Assembly: GCA_963741945.1 (NCBI GenBank)
Contig: CAVUKA010000005.1
Coordinates: forward strand, 576,001-640,000
Source of the DNA: an uncultured Gemmatimonadales bacterium
GTDB taxonomy: Bacteria > Gemmatimonadota > Gemmatimonadetes > Longimicrobiales > RSA9
Reading direction: 5' to 3'
Length of the DNA: 64,000 bases
The first letter of the stretch is position 1. Every line of letters begins with the position of its first letter. The notes beneath the pieces were generated by a model. The model had not been told where the DNA came from, ran no database searches, and saw only the letters and a list, made by a program, of their open reading frames with translations. The position numbers were made by a program, and so were the translations under genes. Shown piece by piece: positions 55,592 through 64,000 of the stretch.

Positions 55592-56744
55592 CTACTTCCG
55601 GCCTTCGATCTGCACCAGCTGCGCGGAGGCCGCACCGTTCGCGCCAGCGCCGCCGAGGCCGTGCTCCAGCGAGCCCCCGGCCGTACGGCGCGCGGCCAGC
55701 TCCTCCGTCGAAAGCTCGCCCGGCGCGGCCCGGTCCTTCTCGAGCACTTCCGTGATCTCGCCCACCCCGCCCGCGCCCACGGTCCGGGCCTGCGTCTCGG
55801 CATGGTAGCTGGAGCGAACCAGCGCCCCCGCCTCCACGTGCCGGAAGCCCAGCTCCGCCTCCCCGATCCGCTTCCACTCCCGGAACTCCTCGGGCGTGAC
55901 CCAGCGGGCCACCGGCGCGTGGTGCTCCGACGGGCGCAGGTACTGGCCGATGGTCATGATGTCCACGCTCGCCTTGCGCAGGTCCACCATCGACTGTCGG
56001 ATCTCCTCCTGCGTCTCGCCCAGCCCCACCATGATCCCGGACTTGGTCAGCATGTCCGGGTCCAGCTTCTTCGCGTACCCCAGGAACGAGATGCTGCGCC
56101 AGTAGCGGCCACCGGGCCGCGCCGACGGGTGCAGCCGCTCCACCGTCTCCAGGTTGTGGGCGTAGATGTCCGGCTTCGCCCGCGACACCGTCGCGATCGC
56201 GCGCCTCGTCCCCCTTGAAGTCCGGCGTCAGCACTTCGATGGTGCACCCCGGCCGGAGTTCCCGCGTGCGCCGGATCGTCTCGGCGAAGATCCCCGCGCC
56301 GCCATCCGGCAGCTCGTCACGGTTCACGCTCGTGATCACCACGTGCTCCAGCCGCAGCTCCGACACCGCCTCCGCCACCCGACGGGGCTCGTCCTCGTCC
56401 AGCTCCGTGGGAAGGCCGTGGGCGATCGCGCAGTACTTGCACGCGCGCGTGCACACATCCCCCAGGATCAGGAACGTGGCCGTGCCCGCCTGCCAGCACT
56501 CGCCGATGTTCGGACAGCCGGCCTCCTCGCACACCGAATGCAGGCGCTGGTGCCGCATCAGCTGCTTCAGCCGCCGGTAGTTCTCGCCCCCGGGCGACCG
56601 CACTTTCAGCCACTTCGGCTTGCGACCCCGTATGTCGATCGCCGCGCCGTCCTCGATCGGGATCCGGGCCGTTCCCTTCGACTTCACCACGCCCGTGTCC
56701 TTCCCGGTCGGCGCGTATCCCTTCACAGCGTTGTCCGCGCTCAT
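55592..56744 (-). CDS. lipA: Lipoyl synthase (frameshift near 56200, probably assembly error)
   Basis: [12 protein letters not shown] and CTRACKYC in one frame; [26 protein letters not shown] in another. Confidence 0.93.
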
Positions 56745-57295
56745 CGCGCTCCTGTTCGTTCGCTCGCCCCGGTACCCCCTGCCCCCGCGGCAACATGCAT
56801 TCCCACGGCGCCGCGACCGGTCCCGCCCGGACACCCGCCTCGCCGCTGCCACACCGGACAGAACCATGAATGGTAGGGGAACCCCGGCGCGTTTGCTACC
56901 CGGTTGAGCCGTTCCGGACGGGCCCGCCGCCGCAACGTCGCCGGGCGCTGCGAATCGATCACCCGGACGCCGGTGCTCCAATGCCGGGTGTACGATCGAC
57001 GGCAGTATTCGCCGTTGATCGTACACTCGAGGCCCCTGGGGACCGCCGAGTGAACAATGTACGGCTCCATTCCGCCGTCAATCATTCAGTCAAGGACGGC
57101 GCCGCGTTCACGGTCGGACGACTGTGGCCTCGTCCGTCGCCCGTCGTCCCGTCGCCCCGTCAGGGCCCCGTCGGCCCGTCGCGCTCGCCTCCGTTTTGCG
57201 TACGCGGGCCGGAGGCGCCGGGCGAGGCGTGTGAATACGCGCGTGCGGCGGTAGTTTCCGGTGGGCCTGGCCGTACGAACAACGGAGGTCAGAAG

Positions 57296-58630
57296 ATGGA
57301 GACGGAGACCAGCTGGACCGCGTCCGCCATCGCGGCCGACGTTCGCTCGGGAGCCCGCGAGCCGTGGGACGTGGTGCGCGAAAGTCTCGATCGCATCCGC
57401 GACCGGGACCCGGAGGTGCGCGCTTTCGTACGGGTCCGCGACGACGCTGCGCTGGCGGAGGCGGGCCGGCTCGGTGCCCGGAGCGACCTCCACGATCTCC
57501 CGCTGGCGGGGGTGCCCGTGGCGGTGAAGGACAACCTGGACGTCGCCGGCGAGCCGACGCTGGTGGGATCCGACGCGGTATCCCGGATCATCGCTGCCAG
57601 CGACGCGGACCCGGTGGCCCGGCTCCGTGACGCGGGCGCCATCATCGTGGGCAAGACCACGCTCCCCGAGCTGGGGATCTGGGCCACAACGGACGGGGAC
57701 TGGGGAGTGACGGAGAACCCGCTCCGCCCCGGTCGCACGCCCGGCGGCTCTTCGGGGGGAAGCGCCGCGGCGGTGGCCGCCGGGATGGTCCCGCTGGCGC
57801 TGGGCAACGACGGGCTCGGCTCGGTGCGCATCCCGGCCGGCGCGTGCGGGCTGGTGGGGCTGAAGCTCGGGAACGGCTCCGCCCCGGTGGGACTGGCCGG
57901 CGGGGACTGGTTCGGGATGGCGACGAACGGGCCGCTGGCCCGGACGGCGGCCGATGCCGCGCTGGCCGCGTCGATCCTGTGCGGCCGGCCCGGGCTCCGG
58001 GATCCCGGCGTCGGGCGGGCGCTCTCGGTCGCGGTCTCGATCCGGACGCCCCTGCCGGGTGGGAGCGTGGCGGCCGCGTGGTCGTCCGCGGCCCGGGAAG
58101 CGGGGGAGCACCTGCGGCGCGCGGGCCACCGGGTGTCGGAGGCCGACCCGCCGTACTCCGCGCTCTACGCCCTGCCGGTCTTCGCTCGCTGGTTCGCCGG
58201 CGTGGAAGCGGCGAGGGCGGCGCTGGCCACTGGTGGCCTGCTGCGTCCCGAGCGACTCCAGCCCCGCACGCGCCGGCACGCCGCCCTGGGACGCTGGGTC
58301 CTCCGGGTCGGTGGACCCCGGGACGGACTCGCCGACCGGTGGCGGCGGCGGCTGTCGGCGTTCTTCCAGGAGCACGACATCATCCTCACCCCGGCACTGG
58401 CCCATCCGCCCATCGCAGCGCGGGAGTGGTCGCAGATCGGCTGGCTGCGGAACGTCGCCTCGAACGCGTTCTACGCGCCGTTCGCGGCCATGTGGAACCT
58501 GGCGGGCGTCCCGGCCGGCGTGGTGCCGTTCGGCGACGATGGCAGTGGCAGGCCGGCGGCGGTGCAGGTCATCGGCCGCCCGGGCGAGGAGGCCACGGTG
58601 CTGGCGGCCATGGCCCTGCTGGAGCGCTAG
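57296..58630 (+). CDS. Amidase signature family enzyme
   Basis: GVPVAVKD, PGGSSGGSAAAVA, DGLGSVRIPA. Confidence 0.93.
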   Translation: METETSWTASAIAADVRSGAREPWDVVRESLDRIRDRDPEVRAFVRVRDDAALAEAGRLGARSDLHDLPLAGVPVAVKDNLDVAGEPTLVGSDAVSRIIAASDADPVARLRDAGAIIVGKTTLPELGIWATTDGDWGVTENPLRPGRTPGGSSGGSAAAVAAGMVPLALGNDGLGSVRIPAGACGLVGLKLGNGSAPVGLAGGDWFGMATNGPLARTAADAALAASILCGRPGLRDPGVGRALSVAVSIRTPLPGGSVAAAWSSAAREAGEHLRRAGHRVSEADPPYSALYALPVFARWFAGVEAARAALATGGLLRPERLQPRTRRHAALGRWVLRVGGPRDGLADRWRRRLSAFFQEHDIILTPALAHPPIAAREWSQIGWLRNVASNAFYAPFAAMWNLAGVPAGVVPFGDDGSGRPAAVQVIGRPGEEATVLAAMALLER

Positions 58631-60469
58631 ATGGCCCGCCACCACGGTCGGCACCGCCGGAGCACCGAGCTCCCACCGCTGCGCGAGCGGTTGCGCTCGC
58701 TGCGCCAGCTCCCGCCGTTCCTTAAGCTGGTGTGGGAGACCCGTCCGCCCGCAGTGCTCGGGATCCTCGTCCTGCGCGCGCTCCAGGCGTTCGGCCCCGT
58801 GGCGCTGCTCTGGGTGGGCAAGCTCATCATCGACACCGTGGTGGCCAGCGTGGGCGAGGCCGCGCCCGACTGGCGTCGCCTGATCGGCCTGGTCCTCCTC
58901 GAGCTGGCGCTCGCGCTCCTCATGGACGCCATGCAGCGCGGGTCGGCACTGCTGGAAAGCCTGCTGGGCGACCTGTTCAGCAACCGCATGAGCGTGCGCC
59001 TGATGGAGCACGCGGCCACACTGGACCTGGAGCACTTCGAGGACCCCGAGTTCTACGACCACCTGGAGCGGGCGAGGCGGCAGACCGTCGGGCGGCTGGC
59101 GCTCATCTCGCTGCTGCTCGGCATGGCCCAGAGCGCCCTGACCCTGGCGTCGCTGATGGCCGCGCTCCTGGCGTTCAGCCCCTGGCTGCTGCTCCTGCTC
59201 CTCGTCGCCGTGCTCCCCAGCTTCATCGGCGAGACGCACTACGCCGGGCTCTCCTACTCCCTGCTCTACCAGTGGACACCCGAGCGGCGGCAGCTCGACT
59301 ACCTCCGCTTCGTCGCCTCCAGCGACGCCACGGCCAAGGAAGTGAAGCTGTTCGGCCTCTCCGACCACTTCATCGGACGCTACGCCGAGCTGGCCGACGA
59401 CTTCTACCGCGCCAACCGCGCTCTCGCCATCCGGCGCGCGGGCGTCGGCGCCGCCCTCGTCGCCATCAGCACGCTCGTCTACTACGGCGCCTACGGCTAC
59501 ATCATCTGGCAGACGGTGGTCGGCCTGATCACCATCGGCAGCCTCACGTTCCTGGCGTCCAGCTTCCAGCGCAGCCGCGACCTGATCCAGCGGATCCTGC
59601 TGAACTCCGCCGACGTGTTCGAGCAGAGCCTCTTCATCCGCGACCTGTTCACGTTCCTGGACATGCAGCCGCGCGTGGCTTCGACCACCGAGCCGCGCCC
59701 GGTTCCCGACCCGATCCGCGACGGGATCGTCTTCGACGACGTCGGCTTCCGCTACCCCGACGCCGAGCGCTGGGCCCTCCGCCACGTCTCCTTCACGCTG
59801 CACCCGGGCGAGCGCCTGGCGCTGGTGGGAGAGAACGGCGCAGGGAAGACCACGCTGGTCAAGCTCCTGGCCCGGCTCTACGACCCCGGCGAGGGACGCA
59901 TCCTCCTGGATGGCGTCGACCTGCGCGACTACGACATCGACCAGCTCCGGCGCGCCATCGGCGTCATCTTCCAGGACTTCGTCCGCTACGACATGGTGGC
60001 CCGCGAGAACATCGCCGTCGGCAACATCGACGCGCTCACCGATCACGACCGCATCCGCGAAGCCGCACACAAGAGCCTGGCGGAAGAGGTGGTCGAGCGG
60101 CTGGAGAAGGGGTACGACCACATGCTCGGGCGCCGCTTCGACGGCGGCGCCAACCTGTCCGGCGGCGAATGGCAGAAAGTGGCGCTCGCCCGGGCGTACA
60201 TGCGCAACGCCCAGGTCCTGATCCTCGACGAGCCCACCGCCGCGCTCGACGCCCGCGCCGAGTTCCAGGTGTTCCAGCGCTTCACCGAGCTCACCGCCGG
60301 CCGCATGGCCGTCCTCATCAGCCACCGCTTCTCCACCGTCCGCATGGCCGACCGCATCCTCGTCCTCGGCGGAGGCACCGTCATAGAGAACGGCACCCAC
60401 GAAGAGCTCCTCGCCGCCGACGGCGTCTATGCCGAGCTGTTCACGCTCCAGGCCGCCGGCTACCGGTAG
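58631..60469 (+). CDS. ABC exporter, fused permease/ATP-binding
   Basis: TM domain + GENGAGKT, LSGGEWQ, ILDEPT, SHR. Confidence 0.95.
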   Translation: MARHHGRHRRSTELPPLRERLRSLRQLPPFLKLVWETRPPAVLGILVLRALQAFGPVALLWVGKLIIDTVVASVGEAAPDWRRLIGLVLLELALALLMDAMQRGSALLESLLGDLFSNRMSVRLMEHAATLDLEHFEDPEFYDHLERARRQTVGRLALISLLLGMAQSALTLASLMAALLAFSPWLLLLLLVAVLPSFIGETHYAGLSYSLLYQWTPERRQLDYLRFVASSDATAKEVKLFGLSDHFIGRYAELADDFYRANRALAIRRAGVGAALVAISTLVYYGAYGYIIWQTVVGLITIGSLTFLASSFQRSRDLIQRILLNSADVFEQSLFIRDLFTFLDMQPRVASTTEPRPVPDPIRDGIVFDDVGFRYPDAERWALRHVSFTLHPGERLALVGENGAGKTTLVKLLARLYDPGEGRILLDGVDLRDYDIDQLRRAIGVIFQDFVRYDMVARENIAVGNIDALTDHDRIREAAHKSLAEEVVERLEKGYDHMLGRRFDGGANLSGGEWQKVALARAYMRNAQVLILDEPTAALDARAEFQVFQRFTELTAGRMAVLISHRFSTVRMADRILVLGGGTVIENGTHEELLAADGVYAELFTLQAAGYR

Positions 60470-60473
60470 GGCG

Positions 60474-61155
60474 TTCACGGCGAGAACGCGGAGGTGGCGG
60501 AGGACGCGAAGGACGTCAACGGCCTTTTTTCACGCGGAGACGCGGAGGACGCGGAGGACTTCAACGGCTATTTTCACGCGGAGACGCGGAGGACGCGGAG
60601 GACTTCAACGGCCTTTTTTCACGCGGAGACGCGGAGGACGCGGAGGACTTCAACGGCCTTTTTCACGCGGAGACGCGGAGGACGCGGAGGGCGCCGGGGG
60701 GCGGCGCGGACTCCCCGGGGAAGCGAGGGGCACCGGGCAATCCGTTCTGGTTGGGCATGGCGGCGTGCAGGGCTGCGCCGAGCGAACCGGCCGTAGCACG
60801 GCCATGGGGCGGCTGGCCTGGAGACACACAGGGGGGGCGAGCGAACCGGGCCGCAACGCCAGCGTCGAGAACGGCTACCCGGCCCCTGAAGCCGCGGCCA
60901 GAGCCTGGAATCCCGCGTGAAGGTAGTCAACAATGAAGAGATCGCCCCGGGAGGCCTGCTGACGCCCGGAAACTCAGCGCCCCCCGAACGCCCTTCGCGC
61001 TCTCCGCGTCTCCGCGTGAGATGGGTTTCCGCCGTTCTTCGCGTCCTTTCTGCGCTCTCCGCGTCTTCGCGTGAGGTGGGACCCCGCCGTTCTCCGCGTG
61101 AGATGGGGCCCTGAAGTTCTCCGCGTGAGGCGGTGTCCTGCGGTTCTCCGCGTGA
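60474..61155. repeat. Palindromic ACGCGGAG-repeat element: left arm of 44-45 bp units, ~280 nt core, inverted right arm
   Basis: CACGCGGAGACGCGGAGGACGCGGAG at 60531, 60575, 60620, 60664; reverse copies CTCCGCGTGA/CTTCGCGTGA in 60995-61155. Confidence 0.92.
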
Positions 61156-62103
61156 TCACTCCCGGGCCTCCCGGAGCGCCGGCCCCAGGCTCTGCCCACC
61201 GACATCCCCGCCCCCGAAATCGAGCGTGCGGATCGGGAACGGGATGACGATGCCGTTCTGGTCGAACGCCCGCTTGATCGCCTGGATGGCATCGCTCCGG
61301 GCGGCCAGGTAGTCCGTCTGGCGCGTGAACGGGATCCAGAAGCGGACCTGGAAGTTGATGGAGCTGTCGCCGAACTCCTCGTAGAACAGCTCCACGTCCC
61401 GTCCGGGATCGCGAGTCGCCACGTCGCCGATGGCGGCCACCGCCACGCGCTTCGCCTTCTCCAGGTCCTCGCCGTAGTTCACGCCCACCGCCACGTCCAC
61501 CCGCCTGTGGCTGGTCTGCGAGTAGTTCGTGATGGGGTTCTTGTAGACCGCTGCGTTCGGGATCAGCACTCGCTGCCCCGTGAACGTGCGCAGCGCCGTC
61601 GCCCTCAGGTCCACGTGCTCCACGGTCCCCATGAAGTCGTTGGACTCGATGATGTCGCCCTCGGTGAACTGGTTGCGGACGTTCAGGAGGATTCCCGCCA
61701 GGAAGTTCTCCGCGATGTTCTGGAACGCGAAGCCGACCGCCAGTCCCACGATACCGGCACCGGCCAGCAGCGACGTGACCGTCTTGTCCAGGTTCAGCAC
61801 GCCCAGCGCGAGAACCAGCCCGATCCCGATCACGATGGCGAACGCCGTGGACGCCACCAGGCGGTTGACCTCCGGCTGGTCCGCCACCCGACGCGCGATC
61901 CGGGCGACGATCCCGCGCACGGTGCGCGCGATCATCCAGAAGATGAAGAGCACCACCAGCGCCGCGATGACATTGGGCAGGCCGGCCACCACCTTCTCTC
62001 CCCACCCCGCCACCTTGTCCGCGGCTTCGCCCAGCGCCGTTCCCGTGCTGGACGCCGCCTTGCTGGCCACCGCGGCGAGGGAGTCCGCCTGCTGTGCCGT
62101 CAT
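61156..62103 (-). CDS. mscS: Small-conductance mechanosensitive channel
   Basis: GAGIVGLAVGFAFQ, NFLAG, IPN, FGDSSINF, IPFP. Confidence 0.93.
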   Translation of the reverse strand: MTAQQADSLAAVASKAASSTGTALGEAADKVAGWGEKVVAGLPNVIAALVVLFIFWMIARTVRGIVARIARRVADQPEVNRLVASTAFAIVIGIGLVLALGVLNLDKTVTSLLAGAGIVGLAVGFAFQNIAENFLAGILLNVRNQFTEGDIIESNDFMGTVEHVDLRATALRTFTGQRVLIPNAAVYKNPITNYSQTSHRRVDVAVGVNYGEDLEKAKRVAVAAIGDVATRDPGRDVELFYEEFGDSSINFQVRFWIPFTRQTDYLAARSDAIQAIKRAFDQNGIVIPFPIRTLDFGGGDVGGQSLGPALREARE

Positions 62104-62178
62104 CGCACCTCCATGGGGCGGTTCCGCGGCATGACGCAGCGGAACTTCAATTCCGACAACGAGTTGCGTGCCCGGCTG

Positions 62179-63081
62179 TCAGCGGCCCAGAAGCCGCCGC
62201 AGCGCTGGCTCCAGCCTGGGGTCGCGCCAGGCGTAGCCCGCTTCTTCGAGCTTGCGCGGCACCACCCAGGCCCCGGTCAGCATCTCCCTGCCGAAATCGC
62301 CGAGCAGCGACAGGACGGGAGCCGGGATCTGCAGGAAGCGGGGTCTGTTCAGAACCCGTGCCAGCGTGTCGGCGAACTCGCGGTTGGTGACGTGGTCCGG
62401 TGCGGCGACGTTCACCGGACCGGTGAGCTCGGTGTGCTCGAGGGCGAACGCCACCAGGGCGGCAATGTCATCGCGCGTGACCCAGGGAAAGGCCTGCCGG
62501 CCGGACCCGAGGGTCGCGCCGAAGCCGAGCCGCGTGGCGAGCGACATTCCCTGGAGGAGCAGCGCATCGGGGTCGAGCACGGGGGCGAAGCGGAGGTGGA
62601 GCGTGCGGATCCCCGCTTCGCGGGCCGGCTCGGCTGCGGCCTCCCAGTCCCGTACCACGCCGGCCATGAACGTGGTGGCGGGGAGAGCGTTCTCGGTCAG
62701 CGGCTCGTGCGCCGGCCGCGTCCCGTAATAGCCGACGGCCGAAGCGTTGATCATGACCGCAGGGCGGCGCGCTTCCGGGAGTCGCGCGAGCGTTTTCGCC
62801 AGCAGGCGAGTGCTGTCCACGCGGCTGTGATAGATCCGGCTCTTCTTCGATTCCGTCCACACCCCGAAGATGTTCTCGCCAGCCAGGTTCACCACCGCGT
62901 CGTGGCCGGCGAGCCCTTCCGCATCGATCTCGTTCTGCGACGGTCGCCAGTAGACGGCGTCCGCGGGGCGTGCGGCGTCCCGGGCGCGGACCACGCGGGT
63001 GATGGCGTGGCCATCGTCGCGCAGCCTCGCCTGGACGGCGGTCCCGATGAGCCCCGAGGAGCCGGTGATCGCTACGCGCAT
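62179..63081 (-). CDS. TIGR01777-family NAD-dependent epimerase
   Basis: ITGSSGLIG, VNLAGENI, SAVGYYG, GSGRQ..PWV, GPVN. Confidence 0.92.
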   Translation of the reverse strand: MRVAITGSSGLIGTAVQARLRDDGHAITRVVRARDAARPADAVYWRPSQNEIDAEGLAGHDAVVNLAGENIFGVWTESKKSRIYHSRVDSTRLLAKTLARLPEARRPAVMINASAVGYYGTRPAHEPLTENALPATTFMAGVVRDWEAAAEPAREAGIRTLHLRFAPVLDPDALLLQGMSLATRLGFGATLGSGRQAFPWVTRDDIAALVAFALEHTELTGPVNVAAPDHVTNREFADTLARVLNRPRFLQIPAPVLSLLGDFGREMLTGAWVVPRKLEEAGYAWRDPRLEPALRRLLGR

Positions 63082-63100
63082 GAGTCAGCCCTCTCCATGG

Positions 63101-64000
63101 TCAGCCGGCCAACAACCCGCGCAGCCAGTATGCAACGCCCAGGCCGAGATAGTTGCCCACGGCGTATCCGAGCAGGCCCACGACCACGCCCGGGAGCACC
63201 AGCGCCTTCCACTCCCGTCCCACCGCCAGCGCCAGCGCCGACGACGGTCCGCCGATGGCGGCCTGGGACGCCACGGACGTGGTCTCCAGGTCCAGCCGGG
63301 CGAGGCGGGCCCCGCCGTACGTGAGCAGTCCGTGGATCCCCACCACGGTCGCCGTGAACCAGAACACGTCCGGGCCCACGCGTGCGATCTCGGAGAAGCG
63401 GGAGGCGATCCCGATGGTGGCGAGAAAGAGATGGAGTCCCAGCGCGCCCAGGTGCATGTCCCCCTTGATCTGCCGCACCCATGGCGTGTGGCCGAGCACG
63501 AGCGCGAACGTGGTCAGCCAGAGCACGGACGGCAGGGAAACCACCTGGCTCATCCGCTCGGCCGCCCACATCAGGGCGAACCCGAGGCCGATCAGCAGCG
63601 ACACGTCCAGGATCCGGAGCGGCGCCTCGGAGAAGAACGGGTGGTCGGCGTGCGGGTCCTGCACGGCCGCTCCCGCCGCCGCGTCGCCCACGCCCGCGGG
63701 CGGCGCCTCGGCCGAAGCCTCCGCCACGGCGCGCTCCACCTCCGGACCCACCGCCGGCGCGTGGCGGTGCTTCGGCGCCGGGAAGTAGCGACGCAGCCAG
63801 ATCGGGATCATGAGCGTCGCAGCGAACCACAGCGCCGTCATCACGGCGTCCGACGCGGTGGCCGCGGCGAACAGGGCGGGCGGGAAGTCCAGGGACCGGC
63901 CCACCGCCACGAAGTTGATGCTGCCACCGGCGTACGTCCCCGTCATGACGCCGGCCAGCTTCCACGCATCGCCGTTGAAGTCGCCGTTGAAGGCGAACCC
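63101..64000 (-). CDS. DUF819-family membrane protein (5' end outside window)
   Basis: TYAGGSINF, SQAAIGGP, GLLGYAVGNYLG; frame open to 64000. Confidence 0.85.
   Translation of the reverse strand, partial: GFAFNGDFNGDAWKLAGVMTGTYAGGSINFVAVGRSLDFPPALFAAATASDAVMTALWFAATLMIPIWLRRYFPAPKHRHAPAVGPEVERAVAEASAEAPPAGVGDAAAGAAVQDPHADHPFFSEAPLRILDVSLLIGLGFALMWAAERMSQVVSLPSVLWLTTFALVLGHTPWVRQIKGDMHLGALGLHLFLATIGIASRFSEIARVGPDVFWFTATVVGIHGLLTYGGARLARLDLETTSVASQAAIGGPSSALALAVGREWKALVLPGVVVGLLGYAVGNYLGLGVAYWLRGLLAG

Noticed and set aside
57086-60478. 1130-aa minus-strand ORF and other long antisense/alternate-frame ORFs (e.g. 9776-11869, 33618-35897, 5' part of 19721-22954)
   Set aside because: They are shadows of well-supported genes in high-GC DNA, with Arg/Pro/Gly-rich or motif-free translations
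60531-60690. Mini CRISPR array
   Set aside because: The linkers are near-identical ~18-nt sequences differing mainly in T-run length

Overview
This is very GC-rich bacterial DNA. The gene content is compatible with Gemmatimonadota, but that is an inference. The left two-thirds (1-43.6 kb) is a coherent surface-appendage island with these parts: (a) a complete Tad/Flp pilus operon (flp, prepilin peptidase, tadE, cpaB, cpaC, tadG, cpaE, cpaF, tadB, tadC), extended by DUF192, an AAA+ ATPase and a beta-repeat membrane protein; (b) eight GT-C-fold membrane glycosyltransferases, two of them AglB/STT3-like with an altered WWDYG motif; (c) two polyprenol-P-sugar synthase-like GT2s, GtrA, an FAD oxidoreductase, PAP2 and a methyltransferase; (d) a sensor kinase/sigma54 activator pair, with similar candidate -24/-12 promoters before flp and before the left glyco-operon; (e) an ABC transporter and an RseP-like protease; (f) two paralogous KaiC/RecA-ATPase + pseudo-receiver + degenerate-GGDEF proteins (BcsE-like architecture) that bracket the pilus block. 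The right third is housekeeping: GGCT, Nramp, ygfZ, SirB1-like, a selenocysteine-containing selD with SECIS hairpin, lipA-pdhA-pdhB-pdhC-lpdA, amidase, ABC exporter, mscS, TIGR01777 and DUF819. It is interrupted by two large palindromic elements built from ACGCGGAG repeats with tandemly amplified arms. Five single-base frameshifts, one of them in lipA, look like assembly indel errors. No rRNA, tRNA, CRISPR or transposase was recognised. All family assignments come from motif recognition by eye, not database searches.
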